From Sphagnum compactum (Eukaryota), in NCBI GenBank assembly GCA_965153455.1, contig OZ234493.1, positions 19,768,213 to 19,832,212 of the forward strand: 64,000 nucleotides of DNA, given 5' to 3'. A model generated the notes under the pieces. That model was given only the letters and a program-made list of their open reading frames with translations. It made no database searches and was not told where the DNA came from. The number at the start of each line of letters is the position of its first letter. The stretch's first letter is position 1. A program made the translations under genes and the position numbers. Below, one piece after another: positions 59,013-64,000 of the stretch.

Positions 59013-61444
59013 GTGAAAATTACGAAAACAAAAGCTTAATGTGATTTCCTGACTTTTATTCCATTCTTAATGATGATAAATTGCTTAAAATTGAGTTTAA
59101 AGTTATGAAAGCTAAAAATTAAATGGTTTTTCATGGTTGTTTTGGTGATGTTTTTTGTTTGTGTTGTTTCTTATTCGGCCTTTTATCATGTTTAAACATG
59201 TTTTTTTTTTTTTTTCCATTTGTTGTTGCGCTCATGAGTTCAATCCTTTAAGTCATGTTTCAATCCCAATTTTGATAGTTTTTGTGCTTTGGAATTTGTA
59301 CCCCTATTCTCATCTAGTGTCTACTAGACTATGTTATGGGCGATTCATTTCTCCCTTGCAAATATCTAGTTTTTTCCTTTTTATGTTCCTTTGTATGTGG
59401 TATCTTGGTTTTTTGCCTTAACTTCTTTAAACATGTGGATTATGGATTATGGGCATTGGGCCTTGACATGATAATTTTGTCATATGTGCAATCTCTAAAT
59501 GCGATCTAGGTCATATGTTCAATTTTGATCATGATTCCTGAAAATGTTATTTGTTATAACTTCTTGAAGTGCAATGGTCATATGTTCCAAAAACGAAGTG
59601 GTCATTTGGGTCATATGTTCAATATCTTGAATTTGCAATTTTCATTCGTCATATTTTTCATTTTGGAATCCATGACTTTTATGTCGTAATTTGTATCATG
59701 GGTTTAAGGTCATATATTGCACCTTATGAAAGATAATTCAACTAGCTACATCTGAGAGAAGAATAAGGATTTCAAGATGTCCATCAAATCCCATTTGATT
59801 TAACCTTTTTGTATGTAGGTCATTTCATAATACTTCATATAATTGTTATTTATTTGTCACAAGTTATTGCTGAAGTAAACATGAACCTTTTGCTAATTTT
59901 ACACAAATTTTTTTGGGGCACATAGCCAATTTTTGATTTAAAAAATAAATCATTAGCCATATGCCTTATGCTTCAATGTTTGTATTATTGACAAAAATGT
60001 ACCCATATTTTTTAATATTAAAGCCATTCATTCGAAATTCAAAATTTAAAAAAAAAAAAAAGGTTGTTCTAGTCAGTAATGTTTGCCATAAGTACCATAT
60101 CTTAGTGGTGACATTTTCTTGTCACAAAGTTGAGTGGTTTTTTCAGTATATATATTTCAATTATTTGAAATTTTTTTTAGGGTATTAAATCTTCACTTTT
60201 TTGATAATTGATTTTTTTTTAGTTTTATTTTATGATGCGTCATCTTTTTGTGGGTTTTTTTGGGTCTATTTTATGTTTTATACTCAATTGACCTTTATAC
60301 CTAAACATTTATCATGCCTTTTTCGTGTTTTTTCCCCATTTTATTTATATTTATGGTTTTGAATCATTCTTTTTGTTGCCTTTTCATTTGTTCTTGTTGT
60401 TTCCCTCAAAAGAAAATATTTGAAAATGCTCAACCAATGTTTTTTTGTCACCCTTCCATTTGGTTTTGCTATTTTTTCGTTGATTTCTTGTTGGACCTTT
60501 ATCAATGTGTTTAATTACAAAAAATGGCATTTGTTAATTTCCCTTTGGTGTTCCATCATGTTTTTAATTTCTTTAACATTTGCTCTAGATGTTTTTCCCT
60601 TAATATCTTGTTTTTGGTGGTCAATTGATGGTTTAGTTTTTATATTTTGTTCTTGTTGCGTTAACCTAGATGCCTTATATTTGTTCTTGCCTTAATTTCT
60701 TGTTTTTTAGGTTCAATCAATGTGTTTGGTCGTAATTATATTTAATTATATTTATTTTAGTTTTTGAAGCACTCAATTGATGTTTTGACTTGTCATTTGT
60801 GTAATTAAAGAGTCACCTAGCAAGATGTTTCAAAGTTAGGAGAGATTTGAATGGCCTTATGTGCATTGTGAAATTGCTCTATTGTATTAGGTTCAATGAT
60901 TTTTTAAAACAAAATCCCGGGTTTTTTCACAAAAGATTGGGAAATGTTTGGAAGAGAATGTTTTTCTAGTGTAAATTTTGACTAATTTTGCTATTTTTTA
61001 AGAGCTTTACTACATTTTTTATATCACAATATTTGGGGGTGGAGAGGGGGAGGAAAGAAAAAAGCTTGATTAGGTTGTGTAGCCATAAGTTATGTATATT
61101 TACACTTTTAGAAATGTTGCTAGCTTCTGCTGTTGTTGTATTGGTTAAATTTTTCGCCAACTTGTAATGAAATTTCGTGGTAAGTATGGCCCAAGGTAAA
61201 AACCCTTGGGGGAGGCCGTTGCCAAAATTGGCTTTACCTCATGTGATAACTGGCGAAAAGTTAGCCAAGTGTTCACACTTTGCATTTGTAATATCGCCAT
61301 AAATGCACCAAATTTTCCTTAATAATAGCGTCCTTTTCCATTTTTCGAAAATCTTAAAGAAAAAAGGCTCGGGAAGGTGAAAAAATGGCGGTTAAAAACG
61401 GTCAACAGTGTTTTCTGCCCTCGTTACCGGAAAAGGAAACAATC

Positions 61445-61710
61445 GTGTCGGGGAACTTTCTAGGGTCTGCAAGTGTCGGGGAACTTTCTAGAAACTGTGA
61501 GTAGGGGAACGCCCTTGTTTCTCTCTGGAGAACAGACAAGGGGAAGTAAGTTATACGAGGAACACGGGAACTCACTTGGGAACTCGTTCGACTCAGAGGA
61601 TGGATTTATAACAAAATGACTGAGTTTTAGAAATTCTTGAATTTTATCGACCGTTAGACTTGATCAGTTATGTGATCGGACGGTGAGAAGCTCGTAGAAA
61701 GTACTAGAAG
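61445..61710 (+). promoter_or_regulatory. Heat-shock element cluster upstream of HSP90
   Basis: Perfect gGAActTTCtaGAAa at 61480-61494, overlapping a 19-bp direct repeat (61445-61463 and 61473-61491). GAA units at exactly 10-bp spacing (61687, 61697, 61707) and TTCttGAA near 61635. Confidence 0.75.
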
Positions 61711-62094
61711 CGGCGTAAGCGGGATTCATGATGCTCCCTGTTTCGAGAGTGAAGGTGTCAACGGGCCAGATGCTACCATCCTTGTGGATCGGACGGTGAC
61801 AAGTGGACCTAGGTCGTTCCTGTTTGTGAGCGCCCGCCCTTCAAAGACCCCCGCTCCATGCTTGCGCTCGCGCATATGTTTCATACTGCTTTCTTTCATC
61901 TTTGCTCTCGCAGAAATCGCGCAGTCGATATTCCATTTCTCGTGTATATCTTCGGCTTCCTCGTCGTGCTCTGCATCTGCACAGTATTTTGTGTGATTTT
62001 GTGAAACGGTTTTTGGTCGTGGATTTCGTGAGTTAGGTTCAGAAGCCGGCCGATTTGTTGAAACTCTGTTTTGGTTGCGTTGAAGTTGAAAGCG

Positions 62095-64000
62095 ATGGCG
62101 ATCGTGTCCGAGGACGAGCAGCAGTCGGGAAGTGATATGATAGTCGAGGAGCCGCAGCAAGGAGGGGAGGTGGAGACCTTCGCTTTCCAGGCCGAGATTA
62201 ATCAGCTGTTGAGTCTTATCATCAACACTTTTTACAGTAATAAGGAGATCTTCCTTCGGGAGCTTGTTTCCAATGCCTCTGATGTAAGCTAGCTATCTCT
62301 CTGCCTACATGCTGTCCGAAATCTTGATATTCCGAGAACATGATAGAATAATATTTTTCTATGTATGGAAACTCAAGTGAAAAATAAATATAATGAAGGC
62401 GGCCTTTCTCGGTGCGCCTTTATGTGCTTTAGATTTTTCTGGTTTTCCTGTCGGTTGTTCCTTAATGCTACACGCACATCTCTCTGGTGAAACTTTTTGT
62501 TATCCGGCTAAATTCAGTCATCTAGAGTTCACCTGTCGACTTCTGCGAACCGTAGGACTTGGGCCTGGACTTCCAGTGTTGCCGTAAGATGAAGAGAAAG
62601 CGTTTCGCAGCTGATTGAGCCGTGCGACATGTATTTCCTCTTGCCGTATGCTGTCGTAGCGTGTTTCGGCTTCTGGACTGCATACTCTTGAAGAAACAGA
62701 TTTCTTAGATTCTGAATTAAAATCTGAACTCTTGCACTCTCATTGGCCTATTCTATCTTCTGAAAATGGGATTGTGGATTGTGTGTGAGTTTTCAAACGC
62801 TTCCCCTTTTTGCAGTGCTATGCACTTGTTTATTTTCTATAAATAGTGGCAATCGACAGTGTCGTGGGTGCTCATTCCTATTGTACTTTTGCAGGCATTG
62901 GACAAGATTCGGTTTGAAGGTCTAACAGACAAAAGTAAGCTGGAGAGCCAGCCTGAGCTCTTCATTCACATAGTGCCAGACAAAACCAACAACACTATTG
63001 CAATTATTGACTCAGGAATTGGAATGACCAAGGCTGGTAAGGATTTTAAAACTCTAACATCAAGTTTTTCTCGATTGTTGACTATTGAAGCAGGTGGATT
63101 TTGTGGTTGCAAGTTTGCTGTCTTTGAGTCACTTCAGATTGGCTGACAATGGTTGCTCTGCAGTGTTGATTCTACTTCATGTGTGATGACTCAACCTGGC
63201 TTCCTGTGATACAGATCTGGTGAACAATCTTGGAACAATTGCAAGATCAGGAACTAAATCATTCATGGAGGCACTCTCTGCTGGAGCGGATATCAGCATG
63301 ATTGGACAGTTTGGAGTGGGATTTTACTCTGCATACTTGGTTGCTGACAAAGTTGTGGTCACATCCAAGCACAATGACGATGAGCAATATGTCTGGGAGT
63401 CTCAGGCTGGAGGCTCTTTCACCATTCGAAGAGATACTGGTATGCAATCTTGAAGTCTCACATCAAATGTGTGTTCTCTTCCTGATGTTGAACGTCATTG
63501 GCAACTGAGTGCAACTAGTGTTTTCACTGTTCTGGCCTGTTCCAAGTGGATTGTCAAGTCCTGTGGTGTTTGGTGAAGGATCCACAGCAGTTATTTGTCA
63601 TATTCATTCCAACAATCTCAGTTTCCACTACTTTTGTTCAGTCAACTTTTGAAACTTTTGAAGGGTTTTAGTACTTGTAATGAGCTTTTTGTAGTACCTG
63701 TTCAGTTAATGTTGTTTGAATAGAAATCTTTTCAGTTTGTGGTGGTGGGTGTGTTCATTTATTCCAATTGCCATTATTCAGGTATGCCATGGTGTTAGTT
63801 CTGGGACTGATTTGATGTGAGTGTACCACTGTGAAGGTGAGGACTTGGGTCGGGGCACAAAGATCCTTTTGCACCTGAAAGAAGATCAGCTGGAATATCT
63901 GGAGGAAAGGAAGTTGAAGGACTTGGTGAAGAAGCACTCAGAGTTCATCAGTTACCCCATCTCTCTGTGGACTGAGAAGACAACTGAGAAGGAGGTGTCA
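62095..64000 (+). CDS. HSP90: Cytosolic heat shock protein 90, 3'-partial
   Basis: Exons 62095-62283, 62895-63036, 63215-63439, 63837 to window end. Motifs [64 protein letters not shown] and [15 protein letters not shown]. Confidence 0.96.

Overview
Eukaryotic nuclear DNA from a land plant, most likely a moss. The AT-rich, eroded transposon landscape, CpG-rich gene 5' ends, PLS-DYW PPR style and non-L1 LINE look Sphagnum-like; this is an inference. Eight protein-coding genes were reconstructed by hand, with splice phases checked except for the N-terminal PPR exons: a POLAR-like scaffold (5'-partial), a PERK receptor kinase, a rhomboid protease with an intronless CDS, a strictosidine-synthase-like gene (one GC-AG intron), a spliced 62-aa membrane microprotein that the ORF track misses, a PLS-PPR-DYW editing factor, a UMP-CMP kinase and a 3'-partial cytosolic HSP90 with heat-shock elements. 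Mobile DNA includes a near-full-length degenerate RTE-X-like LINE, a non-autonomous CACTA element, a probable Helitron, pogo and hAT transposase relics and many MITE-like repeats. The most notable observation is that the DYW cytidine deaminase carries, across an intron, an N-terminal PDF motif of the kind that binds single-stranded DNA in OSB proteins. Other leads are a possible shared transcript for the microprotein and SSL genes, an in-frame ORF1/ORF2 junction in the LINE, and a ~340-codon pseudogene with features resembling beta-pore-forming toxins. Family assignments come from recalled motifs; no database searches were run.
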